Part shown: positions 38,016-47,785 of the stretch, piece after piece
Layout of the letters: each line of letters starts with the position of its first letter
How positions within the stretch are numbered: position 1 is the stretch's first letter
Assembly (NCBI GenBank): GCA_027339965.1
Contig: DAHWNL010000006.1
Coordinates: 32,001-96,000 of the forward strand
Length of the DNA stretch: 64,000 nucleotides
Reading direction: 5' to 3'
Origin: Granulicella sp.
GTDB lineage: Bacteria; Acidobacteriota; Terriglobia; Terriglobales; Acidobacteriaceae
The notes under the pieces: generated by a model
Databases searched by the model: none
What the model saw: the letters and a program-made list of their open reading frames with translations, nothing else
Told to the model about the DNA's origin: nothing
Translations under genes and position numbers: made by a program

Positions 38016-39626
38016 ATGAAAGAGCCCAACGCTAGCGCACAGAGCGAGCAATCCACCGTCCGAGTTCTTCAGGAAGAGCTGACCTTGCTGAAGAACGCCA
38101 CGCTGATCGATGGTTCCGGCGCTGCGGCGCGCGGAGCCGATCTTATGCTCTGCGGTGACCGCATTGCGGCGATTGGACACTTTACCCCTCCGCCCCAAAC
38201 TCTCACTCTGGATTGCAGCGGTCTGATCGCAGCGCCGGGGTTTGTGGACGCCCATAGCCACTCGGACCTTCAAGTGTTGCAGGGCCGGACGGAAAAAACG
38301 ATCCAGGGCGTGACGACAGAGATTGTCGGCAACTGCGGGTTCTCTCCCTATCCCATGGCGCAACACGCGCAGCAGGTACGGCAGTTCGCGAACGGCATCC
38401 TGTGCGGCCGGCAGAGCTGGGGATGGCCGAGCGCCGCGGCTTATATTGAATCGCTCTCCAGAGCTCCCTACGCCAACGCTTACTCGCTGATCGGCCATGG
38501 CAGCCTGCGGATTGAGATCGCCGGGAACCAGCAACGGCCCCTCACCGAATCGGAAATGGAGCGGATGGAAAAGCTACTCGATGAGGCTCTGTGTGACGGC
38601 GCCATTGGTTTCTCCACCGGGCTGATGTATGCCCCCGGCTGTTACGCTCCGGTGGAGGAACTGGAGCGCCTGTGCCGCGTGGTCGCTCGCCGCGGCAAAG
38701 TCTACGCCACTCACATACGCAGTTACGCGTCCGGCCTGGAAGAAGCTGTGGAGGAACAGTTGGAGCTTGCTCGCCGCACTGGCTGCCGGCTGCAGATCTC
38801 TCATCTGCAGGCCGTGGGACGCGACAATTGGGCCAAACAAGCTGCCGTCCTGGAACGTATCGAGGCGGCCGCGCAGTCAGGTGTTGACGTTGCCTTTGAC
38901 TGCTATCCCTATACGGCGGGCAACTCCACCCTGACCCAGATGGCGCCGCAATGGGCCCTGGACGGTGGTCTTGACGCTCTGATGGGCCGGCTTCGCAGTA
39001 CGCGCTTCCGCAGGCGAATCCTGGAGGAGACGCGCGCCTCCATGGCGCTACCCTGGTCCGATGTTATTCTCACCTCCGTCGGCTCCAGAGAGAATCAGCC
39101 TCTAGTCGGCAAAAGCCTGGACCAGATCGCTCACATGCGCGGGCAGGAGCCTGCCGAGACCCTGCTTGCGTTGCTGCTGGAAGAACATGGCGAGGCTACG
39201 ATGTTGACGTTCAATCAGAGCCAGGAGAACCTTCGCCAAACGGTCACCCATCCCCTCTCCATCATCATCAGCGATGGACTCTATGTGCGCGGCAAGGCCC
39301 ACCCCCGCCTACATGGAACCTTTCCTTTCCTGCTTGGCGAACTCTGCCGAGGACAGCGATGGCTCTCACTGGAAGAAGCCGTGCACAAAATCACCGGCCG
39401 GCCAGCCGAGCGCTTCGGCATCCGGGACCGCGGGCTGCTCAAGCCCGGCTACTACGCCGATCTGACATTGTTTGATCCCGCGGCGATCGATAGCAAGGCC
39501 GACTACGATGCGCCCGAGAGACCTCCGACCGGAGTCCAACACGTCTTCAGGAATGGAAGGCGGCTTGATCTTGCTTCCGTTCTTCCTCCGGGCTCAGGGC
39601 AACTGGAAGGCAAAGCCAATGCGTGA
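38016..39626 (+). CDS. N-acyl-D-amino-acid deacylase (D-aminoacylase family; OngB-like)
   Basis: APGFVDAHSHSD, GNCG, STGL.Y.PG, THIR, ISHL, YPY.AG, ISDG, HPR..GTF and RG.L.PG..ADL. Confidence 0.88.
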   Translation: MKEPNASAQSEQSTVRVLQEELTLLKNATLIDGSGAAARGADLMLCGDRIAAIGHFTPPPQTLTLDCSGLIAAPGFVDAHSHSDLQVLQGRTEKTIQGVTTEIVGNCGFSPYPMAQHAQQVRQFANGILCGRQSWGWPSAAAYIESLSRAPYANAYSLIGHGSLRIEIAGNQQRPLTESEMERMEKLLDEALCDGAIGFSTGLMYAPGCYAPVEELERLCRVVARRGKVYATHIRSYASGLEEAVEEQLELARRTGCRLQISHLQAVGRDNWAKQAAVLERIEAAAQSGVDVAFDCYPYTAGNSTLTQMAPQWALDGGLDALMGRLRSTRFRRRILEETRASMALPWSDVILTSVGSRENQPLVGKSLDQIAHMRGQEPAETLLALLLEEHGEATMLTFNQSQENLRQTVTHPLSIIISDGLYVRGKAHPRLHGTFPFLLGELCRGQRWLSLEEAVHKITGRPAERFGIRDRGLLKPGYYADLTLFDPAAIDSKADYDAPERPPTGVQHVFRNGRRLDLASVLPPGSGQLEGKANA

Positions 39627-40917
39627 TGGATCAAAGCAGCCAAAGACGGCTCTCTCACAGGCGAAAGCTCCCGCTCCCATCCCGCCCTTTCAAAAGGGCC
39701 TGGGTTTCATGACGACGGAGTTATCCTCGGCCCAGATTGCATCCCTGGGCTGGAATCTTCTTCGCGAAGATCTTAGCCTGCCCACGGCCGTGCTGTACGC
39801 TGAAAAGCTGAGCCACAACCTCGCCTGGATGCAGAAGTTTGCCGATCGCCACGGCGCTGTGCTCGCTCCTCACGGCAAGACAACCATGGCCCCCAAGCTG
39901 TTCTCCATGCAGCTTGCGGCGGGCGCCTGGGGAATCACTTTGGCCACTGCGCCACAGGTGGCGGCCGCGTACCAGTACGGAGTGCGCCGCATCCTGATGG
40001 CCAATCAGTTGGTCGGCAAACAGAACATGGCCATCGTGGATGCTCTGCTCGACGATCCCGGCTTCGAGTTTTTCTGCCTGGTGGACTCTGCCGTTAATGT
40101 AGAGCAGCTTGGCCGATTCTTCCGCTCCTGCGGAAAGAAGGTGCAAGTGCTGCTCGAAATAGGCCTGCAAGGTGGCCGCGCCGGCGTGCGCAACGCGGAG
40201 CAGTTGGAAGAGCTGCTTCACGCGCTCTCCGGCTGGCGGGGTCAGGTTCTCTTATGCGGTGTTGAGATCTATGAAGGTGTAAGCGAAGACGAGCGGGCCA
40301 TCCTAGGTCTTCTGCAGCGCGCCCGCGAGATTGCCGGGGAGTTGGCTCGCAGAGATCTCTTCCAACGAACCCCGTTCCTTCTCTCCGGGGCAGGTTCCGC
40401 CTGGTACGATCTGGTCGCGGAGGCCTTCTCTGCGGCGGATCTGAAGGATTCTGCGCTGGTGGTCTTGCGTCCGGGATGCTATCTCACCCACGATGCAGGA
40501 TCCTACGCTGCAACCCATGCCCGCATTCTGGCAAGCAACTCCGTGGCTCGCCAGATGGGAGGTTGCCTGCAACAGGCTCTGCAGCTATGGGCTTATGTGC
40601 AGTCGGTCCCCGAGCCGGAACGGGCGATCGTCGGTCTGGGCAGGCGCGATGCCTCCTTCGACTCCGGTCTTCCCAAGCCGGCGCTGCACCTCTCCACGGC
40701 CGTCGGCAAGCTCCAGGATGCGCCCAACTGTTGGAGATTGACGCGCATGATGGATCAGCACGCCTATCTGGAGATCAAGGCCGGAGATCCTATCACGGTG
40801 GGGGATATGATCGGCTTCGATATCTGCCATCCCTGCCTGACCTTTGACAAATGGCGCTACCTTTCACTGCTCGACCGCCATTATCAGGTGATCGATGTAA
40901 TCCAGACCTGCTTCTGA
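39619..40917 (+). CDS. PLP-dependent D-amino-acid deaminase (fold-type III, DSD1-like; OngC / glucosaminate ammonia-lyase-like)
   Basis: LAPHGKTTMAP (PLP Lys), ANQLVG, LRPGCY..HD, MDQH and HPCLTFDKW; overlaps the deacylase stop. Confidence 0.85.
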   Translation: MRDGSKQPKTALSQAKAPAPIPPFQKGLGFMTTELSSAQIASLGWNLLREDLSLPTAVLYAEKLSHNLAWMQKFADRHGAVLAPHGKTTMAPKLFSMQLAAGAWGITLATAPQVAAAYQYGVRRILMANQLVGKQNMAIVDALLDDPGFEFFCLVDSAVNVEQLGRFFRSCGKKVQVLLEIGLQGGRAGVRNAEQLEELLHALSGWRGQVLLCGVEIYEGVSEDERAILGLLQRAREIAGELARRDLFQRTPFLLSGAGSAWYDLVAEAFSAADLKDSALVVLRPGCYLTHDAGSYAATHARILASNSVARQMGGCLQQALQLWAYVQSVPEPERAIVGLGRRDASFDSGLPKPALHLSTAVGKLQDAPNCWRLTRMMDQHAYLEIKAGDPITVGDMIGFDICHPCLTFDKWRYLSLLDRHYQVIDVIQTCF

Positions 40918-41111
40918 CGGACTCAACCGGCGTCTGCTCGCATCAGGCGCTCTGAGAGCGGTAATCCTGGGAAACGCCAGGCTCGACCCTTCTGGACACT
41001 CCCGACCAACCGCAAAGAAAGGCTCTTCTCCATGCCGCCTACCACCGCATTCCATCCAAACCAGCGCTCGACCAGCGCTCCGTGCGGGCAAGCTGAAAGG
41101 GTGATCGTGCT

Positions 41112-43874
41112 ATGAACTCTGCAATCGGGAAAGCTGCAACCCACCGTGCGATGTATCGTGGCAACCTTCCGGCCTTGGGCCGCTGGGTAAGCGCTCTCCT
41201 CCTCTCAGCCTCGCTGGTTCCAGCGACGTCGGCGGCTGATTTCACTTCTCCGAGCACTACGCCTTTGCATACCGGCTGGCGCTTGCAGTCCGCCTGCAAG
41301 CTCAAGGTTTCGGGGGAGACCATCTCCCTTTCAGCCTTCTCCACTCACGGCTGGATCAGCACCACCGTGCCTTCAACCGTGCTCGCTGCTCAGGTCGCAG
41401 CCGGCCTTTTTCCCAACCCCTACTACGGGGATAACCTACGCAAGCTCCCCGGGGTCTCCTATCCCGTTGGGCAGAACTTTGAGAATCTGCCCATGCCGAC
41501 CGACAGCCCCTATCGTTGCGGCTGGTGGTATCGCGAAGAGTTCATCGCGCCGGCCGCAGACCAGAGGGGTTCCCACTTCTGGCTGCGCTTTGCCGGCATC
41601 AACTATCGCGCCGAGATCTGGCTGAATGGACACAGGGTCGCCGACTCATCGCAGATCGCCGGCGCCTACCGGAGATACCACCTCGACGTCACCGGCCTGC
41701 TCAAACCTGGAGAGAAGAACGTGCTGGCCGTCGAGACCTTCGCCCCCACCCCCATGGATCTTGGCGTCAACTGGGTGGATTGGAACCCCGCCCCGCCGGA
41801 CAAGGACATGGGCATCTGGGGTGCGGTCGACCTGGACCGCAGCGGGCCGGTGACTTTGCGTCACCCCATGGTGGTCACGCACTTCTCTGATGACAATCTG
41901 AGCACGGCGAATCTGACCGTCTATGCGGAGGTTCGGAACGCAACCGATCAAGCCCTGCAGAGCATCGTCTCCGGCGTTGCAGCCGGGGTTCGCTTTCAGC
42001 AGACCGTCAACCTCGCCCCGCATGAGCAGCGCACGGTGGTCTTTGCTCCAGAGCAGTTTCCCCAGCTCCGGGTTCAGAGTCCCAGCATATGGTGGCCATG
42101 GCAGATGGGCCAGCCGCATCTTGAGCATCTTTCCATGAACGCCAGCGTTGCCGACCGGGTCAGCGATCAGAAGACCGTAGAGTTCGGCATCCGCGAAGTC
42201 ACCTCCGAGCTCACCGGCACCGGCAGTCGTCTCTTCCGCATCAACGGCAAGCCCCTGCTGATCCGTGGAGGTGGCTGGTCCCAGGACATGCTGCTGCGCT
42301 CCAACCCGAAGCGTCTGCGGCAGCAGTTCCGCCTGGTGCGCGACCTGGGCCTGAACACCCTTCGCCTGGAGGGAAAGCTGGAGACCGGCGACTTCTTCCG
42401 CCTGGCCGATAAGAACGGCCTTCTGGTGATGGCCGGCTGGTGTTGCTGTGATCACTGGGAGCGCTGGAAGACCTGGACGGAGCAGGATCACGCGATCGCC
42501 AAAGCCTCCCTCCGCTCCCAGATGCTGCGCCTGCGCCACTACCCGAGCCTTCTGGTCTGGCTGAATGGCAGCGACTTTCACCCCCCAGCCGATGTGGAGC
42601 AGGAGTATCTGAACGTAGAGGCCGAGACGCACTGGCCTAATCCGACGCTCTCCTCGGCTACCGAGAACCCCACCATCGTCTCCGGGCCAAGCGGCGTCAA
42701 GATGACTGGCCCCTATGATTACGTGGAACCCAGTTACTGGTACTTCTCCGAGCGCTTTGGCGGCGCGCGGGGATATAACACCGAGACCGGTCCGGGACCC
42801 GATATCCCATCCCGCGCCAGCCGTGCTACGTTTCTCCCCGATCCCGATGCATGGCCGGCTTCGGCAGACTGGAGCCTGCACATGGGCGGCGGAGGATTCA
42901 CGACGCTGAAGGATCTGGACTCGGCAATGACCGCCATCTATGCCAAGCCCGACTCGGCGGCGGAGTATACCCGCATGGCGAACACGATGGCCTACGCCTC
43001 GGAACGCGCTATGTTCGAGGCGTACTCTCGCAATAAGTACTACTCCACTGGGGTGATTCAATGGATGCTCAACAACGCCTGGCCCTCAATGATCTGGCAT
43101 CTCTACGACTACAACCTGGAGGCGGATGGGGGATACTTCGGCGTGAAGCAGGCCTGCGAGCCATTGCACATCCAATACTCCTATGACGACCACTCCATCG
43201 TTGTGGTCAACAGCACTTACAAACGGGCGGATGGGCTGCAAGCTACGGTAGACGTTAATGATGTCCACTGGAACGAACTTTTTCGAACCAGCGCCACCGT
43301 TCACTCCCCCTCGGACAGCGCACAGCAGGTGATCCAACTTCCTGCCGCACTCTTCAATGGCGTGCACAGGCTCTTCTTCATCGACTTGAAGCTGGCCGAC
43401 GCCAACGGCCAAATCCTCAGCCGCAACTTTTACTGGGTACCCTACACACCTGCCATCTTCGCCTGGGATGCAACGGAGTACACCTTCACTCCGGCGCAGT
43501 TCTTCCCTGACCTCCACGCTCTGACCCACCTTCCGCCGGCCACGCTCAAAGCCGAGGCAGAGATTACGAAGACCTCCAGCGGCAGGCAGATCCGGCTGCA
43601 TCTGCACAACAATTCCTCGGCGCTGGCCTTCCAGATTCGGGCCGCGGTTCGCACCTCGTCCGGCGCTCTGGTTGCTCCCGTCCTCTGGTCGGACAACTGG
43701 ATCGAACTGACTCCCGGCGAGTCCAGGACGCTGACGGCTCTGCTACCCTCCGATGCTCCTTCTTCTTCCGTCATCCGCATCGATGGCTGGAACATCACCC
43801 CGCAAAGCTTGACGCCGGATGTCGCAGCCGCAGGCTCAATCGCGCAAAAGCAAGCTCGCAGAAGCCACTCCTGA
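41112..43874 (+). CDS. GH2 exo-beta-D-glucosaminidase (CsxA-like), secreted
   Basis: WVDWNP.PPD, RGGGW, RLEGK, GWCCCD.WE, GSDF (Asp acid/base as in CsxA), KMTGPYDYV, NTETG and WMLNNAWPS. Confidence 0.85.
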   Translation: MNSAIGKAATHRAMYRGNLPALGRWVSALLLSASLVPATSAADFTSPSTTPLHTGWRLQSACKLKVSGETISLSAFSTHGWISTTVPSTVLAAQVAAGLFPNPYYGDNLRKLPGVSYPVGQNFENLPMPTDSPYRCGWWYREEFIAPAADQRGSHFWLRFAGINYRAEIWLNGHRVADSSQIAGAYRRYHLDVTGLLKPGEKNVLAVETFAPTPMDLGVNWVDWNPAPPDKDMGIWGAVDLDRSGPVTLRHPMVVTHFSDDNLSTANLTVYAEVRNATDQALQSIVSGVAAGVRFQQTVNLAPHEQRTVVFAPEQFPQLRVQSPSIWWPWQMGQPHLEHLSMNASVADRVSDQKTVEFGIREVTSELTGTGSRLFRINGKPLLIRGGGWSQDMLLRSNPKRLRQQFRLVRDLGLNTLRLEGKLETGDFFRLADKNGLLVMAGWCCCDHWERWKTWTEQDHAIAKASLRSQMLRLRHYPSLLVWLNGSDFHPPADVEQEYLNVEAETHWPNPTLSSATENPTIVSGPSGVKMTGPYDYVEPSYWYFSERFGGARGYNTETGPGPDIPSRASRATFLPDPDAWPASADWSLHMGGGGFTTLKDLDSAMTAIYAKPDSAAEYTRMANTMAYASERAMFEAYSRNKYYSTGVIQWMLNNAWPSMIWHLYDYNLEADGGYFGVKQACEPLHIQYSYDDHSIVVVNSTYKRADGLQATVDVNDVHWNELFRTSATVHSPSDSAQQVIQLPAALFNGVHRLFFIDLKLADANGQILSRNFYWVPYTPAIFAWDATEYTFTPAQFFPDLHALTHLPPATLKAEAEITKTSSGRQIRLHLHNNSSALAFQIRAAVRTSSGALVAPVLWSDNWIELTPGESRTLTALLPSDAPSSSVIRIDGWNITPQSLTPDVAAAGSIAQKQARRSHS

Positions 43875-43894
43875 GAGGAGACCAGACGACAACC

Positions 43895-45289
43895 ATGCCA
43901 GCGCTCTCCCCGCATGACTCCCCAGCCCATCTGCGCCAGGTTCTGACGCTCTGGGACCTGATCTTCTACGGAATGGTGCTGATTCAGCCGGTCGCCGGCA
44001 TCCCGCTGTTTGGCGTGGCACAGAAGCTCTCCAACGGCCATACCGTCACCACCATCCTGCTGGCCATGCTGGCCATGGTCATCACCGCCGTCAGCTATGG
44101 CCGCATGGCCGCCGTCTATCCCTCGGCGGGCTCGGCCTACACCTATGTGGGGCGAGCCATCAATTCGCATCTCGGCTTCCTCATCGGCTGGGCAATGCTG
44201 CTGGACTATATTCTGCAGCCGCTCATCAACGTGGTATGGATCTCGGTCGCCCTGCACAGCCGCTACGTCACCGCGATTCCCTTTCCCATCACAGCCCTGG
44301 CCGTCAGCGCGTTCATCACGGCGCTCAACCTGGTAGGCATCCGCTCTTCGGCACGTCTCAACAAGCTCTTGCTGGTGGCCATGTGCATGGTCATCGCCGC
44401 CTTCTTCTTGCTCGGGGTCAACTATCTTTTTCACCATGGGCGCTGGCCTGCGCTCTTCTCCGTGACGCCCTTTTATGATTCCAGAACCTTTGACATTCGC
44501 CGTGTCTGGGGGGCCACCTCATTCGCCGCTCTCACCTACATCGGCTTTGACGGCATCACAACTCTTTCGGAAGAGGTGAAGAATCCCCGCCGCAACGTCC
44601 TGCTGGCCACCGTGCTGGTGTGCATCTTCACCGGTCTGCTCAGCGGAGTCCAGATCTATCTTGGCCAGCGCATCTGGCCCGACTGGCACACCTTCCCCAA
44701 TCTTGAGACAGCGTTCATGGACGTCTGCCATCGCGTGGGCGGGCCGGTGCTGTTTGAGGCAATGGGCATGGTGCTCATCCTGGCTGCTCTGGGTAGCGCG
44801 CTCACCGGCGGCCTGGGAGCCGCGCGGCTGCTCTTCGGCATGGGCCGGGATGGGGTTCTTCCGCGCCGCTTCTTCGCCCATCTTGACCCAAAGACCAATA
44901 CACCCACCTGGAACATTCTGCTCATCGGGGCGGTAGCATGGCTCGGAGCAGTGGCGCTCAACTACGTAGGGAGTGCCTACGAACACGCCGGCGAGTTGCT
45001 GAACTTCGGCGCCTTCCTGGCCTTCATGGGAGTGAATCTCTCGGTGTTCTGGCATTTCACGCTGCAGCGTCAGAGCGCAGGGCCGCACCCGGATCGCAGA
45101 AGAGGCCTATTGCGCAATATCGTCCTGCCCCTGGCTGGCTTTGGCTTTTGCGCCTCCATCTGGTGGAATCTCAACATTCTTGCCAAAATCGTCGGCGGCA
45201 TCTGGTTCTGCGCCGGAGCAGCCTACCTCGTCGCTACAACCAGTTTCTTCCGCAAGGCGCCCAAGATGATCGACTTCAGTGAATCCTAG
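43895..45289 (+). CDS. APC-family amino acid/polyamine permease
   Basis: About 12 TM helices; SYG.MA..YP.AGSAYTY, YIGFDG..T.SEE and ARLLFGMGRDG.LP. Confidence 0.9.
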   Translation: MPALSPHDSPAHLRQVLTLWDLIFYGMVLIQPVAGIPLFGVAQKLSNGHTVTTILLAMLAMVITAVSYGRMAAVYPSAGSAYTYVGRAINSHLGFLIGWAMLLDYILQPLINVVWISVALHSRYVTAIPFPITALAVSAFITALNLVGIRSSARLNKLLLVAMCMVIAAFFLLGVNYLFHHGRWPALFSVTPFYDSRTFDIRRVWGATSFAALTYIGFDGITTLSEEVKNPRRNVLLATVLVCIFTGLLSGVQIYLGQRIWPDWHTFPNLETAFMDVCHRVGGPVLFEAMGMVLILAALGSALTGGLGAARLLFGMGRDGVLPRRFFAHLDPKTNTPTWNILLIGAVAWLGAVALNYVGSAYEHAGELLNFGAFLAFMGVNLSVFWHFTLQRQSAGPHPDRRRGLLRNIVLPLAGFGFCASIWWNLNILAKIVGGIWFCAGAAYLVATTSFFRKAPKMIDFSES

Positions 45290-47070
45290 CCGCCGAAGAA
45301 AGGCGGGCCGCGCAACTCAGGCGCTTCAGCCAGCTTCGCCATTGATCTCCGGGCCGCCTTCCAAGCCTGCAAACGGGCATTCAGAAAGCGCTGAAAGGCC
45401 TGAAAGTGCTGAACCTGAGGCACCGCTTCTGGACCGATATTTTTACCGAGTCTCTGGCACAGCGGCCGATCTTCTGAGAATCTGGGCCATAGTGGAAGAC
45501 CGCTGCCGTCGGGCGATCCGCTCTGGATGAAGTTCACCCAGTATCTGATCATAGCGTTGGAAAGGACCGCATCCGAGGGCTGTTTCACCCAGCTCGTCCA
45601 ATAGCGCTGGCTCAGGAACATGTTCTCTTCGCTATGGAATGCGCCCAGAGAGGCGAAGGGTCCAGACCCTACCGCATCAAAGTTGTAAAGGTACACCGGG
45701 TGTCCGGCATCGGCGTTCTCCTTCGCCAGCAGATAGGCGCCAAAGGCAAAGTCGTAGTCGGTGAACATGCGGCGGAAGATCCGCGGGACCTGACTGTCGG
45801 ATGTCGCAGCGTAGGCTGCAAATACCTGATCGGCAAATCCGCCAAACTCATCCTTGAGCCACTTGTGGTATGCGGCCAGCGTCTGCGGACGATAGGCGGA
45901 GCCATGCACCAGCGGGCTCGCAAAGATGGAAACCTCATCCCGCGTGCTACCGACAAGAACTGGGATCGCTGCCTGGCGGCCATCGGCGAAGACAAGTGCG
46001 GGTTGCTTGGGTAGTAACCAACCGTCGATCACCGGCTCCGGATCGATCTGCTTGTCCGCTGCCGCAGCCTGCAGAAGCCGTTCCGCCGGAACGGCGCGCA
46101 GCCTGGCCATGGAAGCGCCTGCGGGCAAGCTGAGATCGCTAACCAGCCGCGCGCTCATCTCTTCGCCGCACTTCAACGAAGCCGTGATGGAATCAACGCA
46201 GGAGCCGCTTTGCAGAATCGCGCCGCGAAACAACCCGCGCGCCAAGGGAGCAGCCATCAGATTACAGACGTCGAGCGAGCCCGACGACTGACCTCCGACG
46301 GTAACGCGCGCCGGATCGCCGCCGAAGAAACGGATGTTGTCACGAACCCATCGGAGCGCCGCGATCTGGTCGAGCTGTCCGTAGTTGCCGGAGACCCGGT
46401 GCGAAGACTCCGCGTCCAGCGCGGCCGAGCTGAAAAATCCAAATACACCCAGCCGGTAGTTGAGACTGACGACTACGATGCCGCGCTTCGCCAGCGTTGC
46501 GCCGAGCGGTGGCCACTCTCCCGAACCTTCTACATTGCCGCCGCCATGCACCCAGACAAAAACCGGGAGCCTGGCCGTCGATTGGAGTTTCGGCGTCCAC
46601 ACGTTGAGATACAGGCAGGCTTCGCTGGTGTGCATCGTGCGGATGCCCAGCATCTCCGGTAGCCAACCGCTGGGCGTCTGCATGCACGCGGGGCCGTAGC
46701 TGGTGGCCTCCCGTACTCCGCTCCAATGGGGCGCCGGTTGCGGCGCTCGCCAGCGCAGATTGCCCACTGGCTGGGCCGAGAATGGAATGCCGAGAAATGC
46801 GGCACCCAGCGGTGCGCCGCTCAGCGGAAGTCCCTCCAGCCTGCCTGCGGGGATCCTGACCTGAGGCGTCGTCTGTGCCGGCAGAGGCGCTACGCACACC
46901 ACGGCGATCGCCGTGGCCGCAGCCAGCCGCGATGCATCGAGCGCGCCGCGAACCGCAGCCCTGCGCCAGATTCCTGCGCAGCCTCGCGTGGTCGGACGGG
47001 CTTTTTTGCCTGCTGCAGGCCAGTCTGCGCGGCCACGCAGGAACAGCGGCGCCTGATGGCGTACGATCAT
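45286..47070 (-). CDS. Carboxylesterase/lipase family protein (type B)
   Basis: FLGIPF, SEACLYLNVW, HGGG, NYRLG, GQSSG nucleophile and GAFHSEE; start uncertain. Confidence 0.88.
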   Translation of the reverse strand: MIVRHQAPLFLRGRADWPAAGKKARPTTRGCAGIWRRAAVRGALDASRLAAATAIAVVCVAPLPAQTTPQVRIPAGRLEGLPLSGAPLGAAFLGIPFSAQPVGNLRWRAPQPAPHWSGVREATSYGPACMQTPSGWLPEMLGIRTMHTSEACLYLNVWTPKLQSTARLPVFVWVHGGGNVEGSGEWPPLGATLAKRGIVVVSLNYRLGVFGFFSSAALDAESSHRVSGNYGQLDQIAALRWVRDNIRFFGGDPARVTVGGQSSGSLDVCNLMAAPLARGLFRGAILQSGSCVDSITASLKCGEEMSARLVSDLSLPAGASMARLRAVPAERLLQAAAADKQIDPEPVIDGWLLPKQPALVFADGRQAAIPVLVGSTRDEVSIFASPLVHGSAYRPQTLAAYHKWLKDEFGGFADQVFAAYAATSDSQVPRIFRRMFTDYDFAFGAYLLAKENADAGHPVYLYNFDAVGSGPFASLGAFHSEENMFLSQRYWTSWVKQPSDAVLSNAMIRYWVNFIQSGSPDGSGLPLWPRFSEDRPLCQRLGKNIGPEAVPQVQHFQAFQRFLNARLQAWKAARRSMAKLAEAPELRGPPFFGG

Positions 47071-47167
47071 CGCCGAGAAAGCTTTCCGAACATGCAAGTT
47101 GAAAACCCTCAGAAGAAAGGTAAGTCCTGGGCTGAAACAGCAGAGCTGCCATCGCGTCTCATCCAAT

Positions 47168-47638
47168 TTAGTGTTGATACTGGAAGACGCCGCACAAGCT
47201 GGTAGAGTCGGAGTTGCTGAGAGCATCCTGCGTCAGCACCGGCGCTCGGGAACTGGAAAAGAAGGCGAGCTGGAGTGTCCGGCCATCGGTCTGCGTGGCC
47301 ATCCACTTGACATCTTCGCCGCCACACAGGGTGTTCTTGTGGGCAAAGCGCTTGTTCCCAGGGATATTCAACCGGTAAAGGCTACCGGAGCCAGGTGCGT
47401 TGAGATCGACGCCGAAGACGGCGCTTCTCTCAGCCGGGGTGAGAGCCCGAATCTGCGCCATCCAATAACTCGTGGATAGGTTGATGGAAATCTTTTCGCT
47501 GCTGAGAGAAACGTCTCCTGTGATCGACCGGGCATTGGAACCCAGAGCCCGCCAATACCCCGCCTCCTGAGCGGCCAACAGTGGGCAGAGAGTGAGAAGT
47601 CCGACCAGAAAAACAGAGTTCCGCTTCAATAGCTTCAT
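47168..47638 (-). CDS. Hypothetical secreted protein
   Basis: AGGAG RBS before ATG 47638, signal peptide (..LLAAQE) and two Cys in the mature part. Confidence 0.7.
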   Translation of the reverse strand: MKLLKRNSVFLVGLLTLCPLLAAQEAGYWRALGSNARSITGDVSLSSEKISINLSTSYWMAQIRALTPAERSAVFGVDLNAPGSGSLYRLNIPGNKRFAHKNTLCGGEDVKWMATQTDGRTLQLAFFSSSRAPVLTQDALSNSDSTSLCGVFQYQH

Positions 47639-47785
47639 CTCCTGAGCATGACACCAGCCCTGAACTTTGAGCAACCCCGGCCGGTCGGATAGGCTGGCCA
47701 TGCAGCCACTTCGCTTCGGTGAAGCAAGCCAGGCTCGGCCGACTGCTCTTAGCTTTGCTCATCAAACTCGCAGCCTTTCCCGGCG

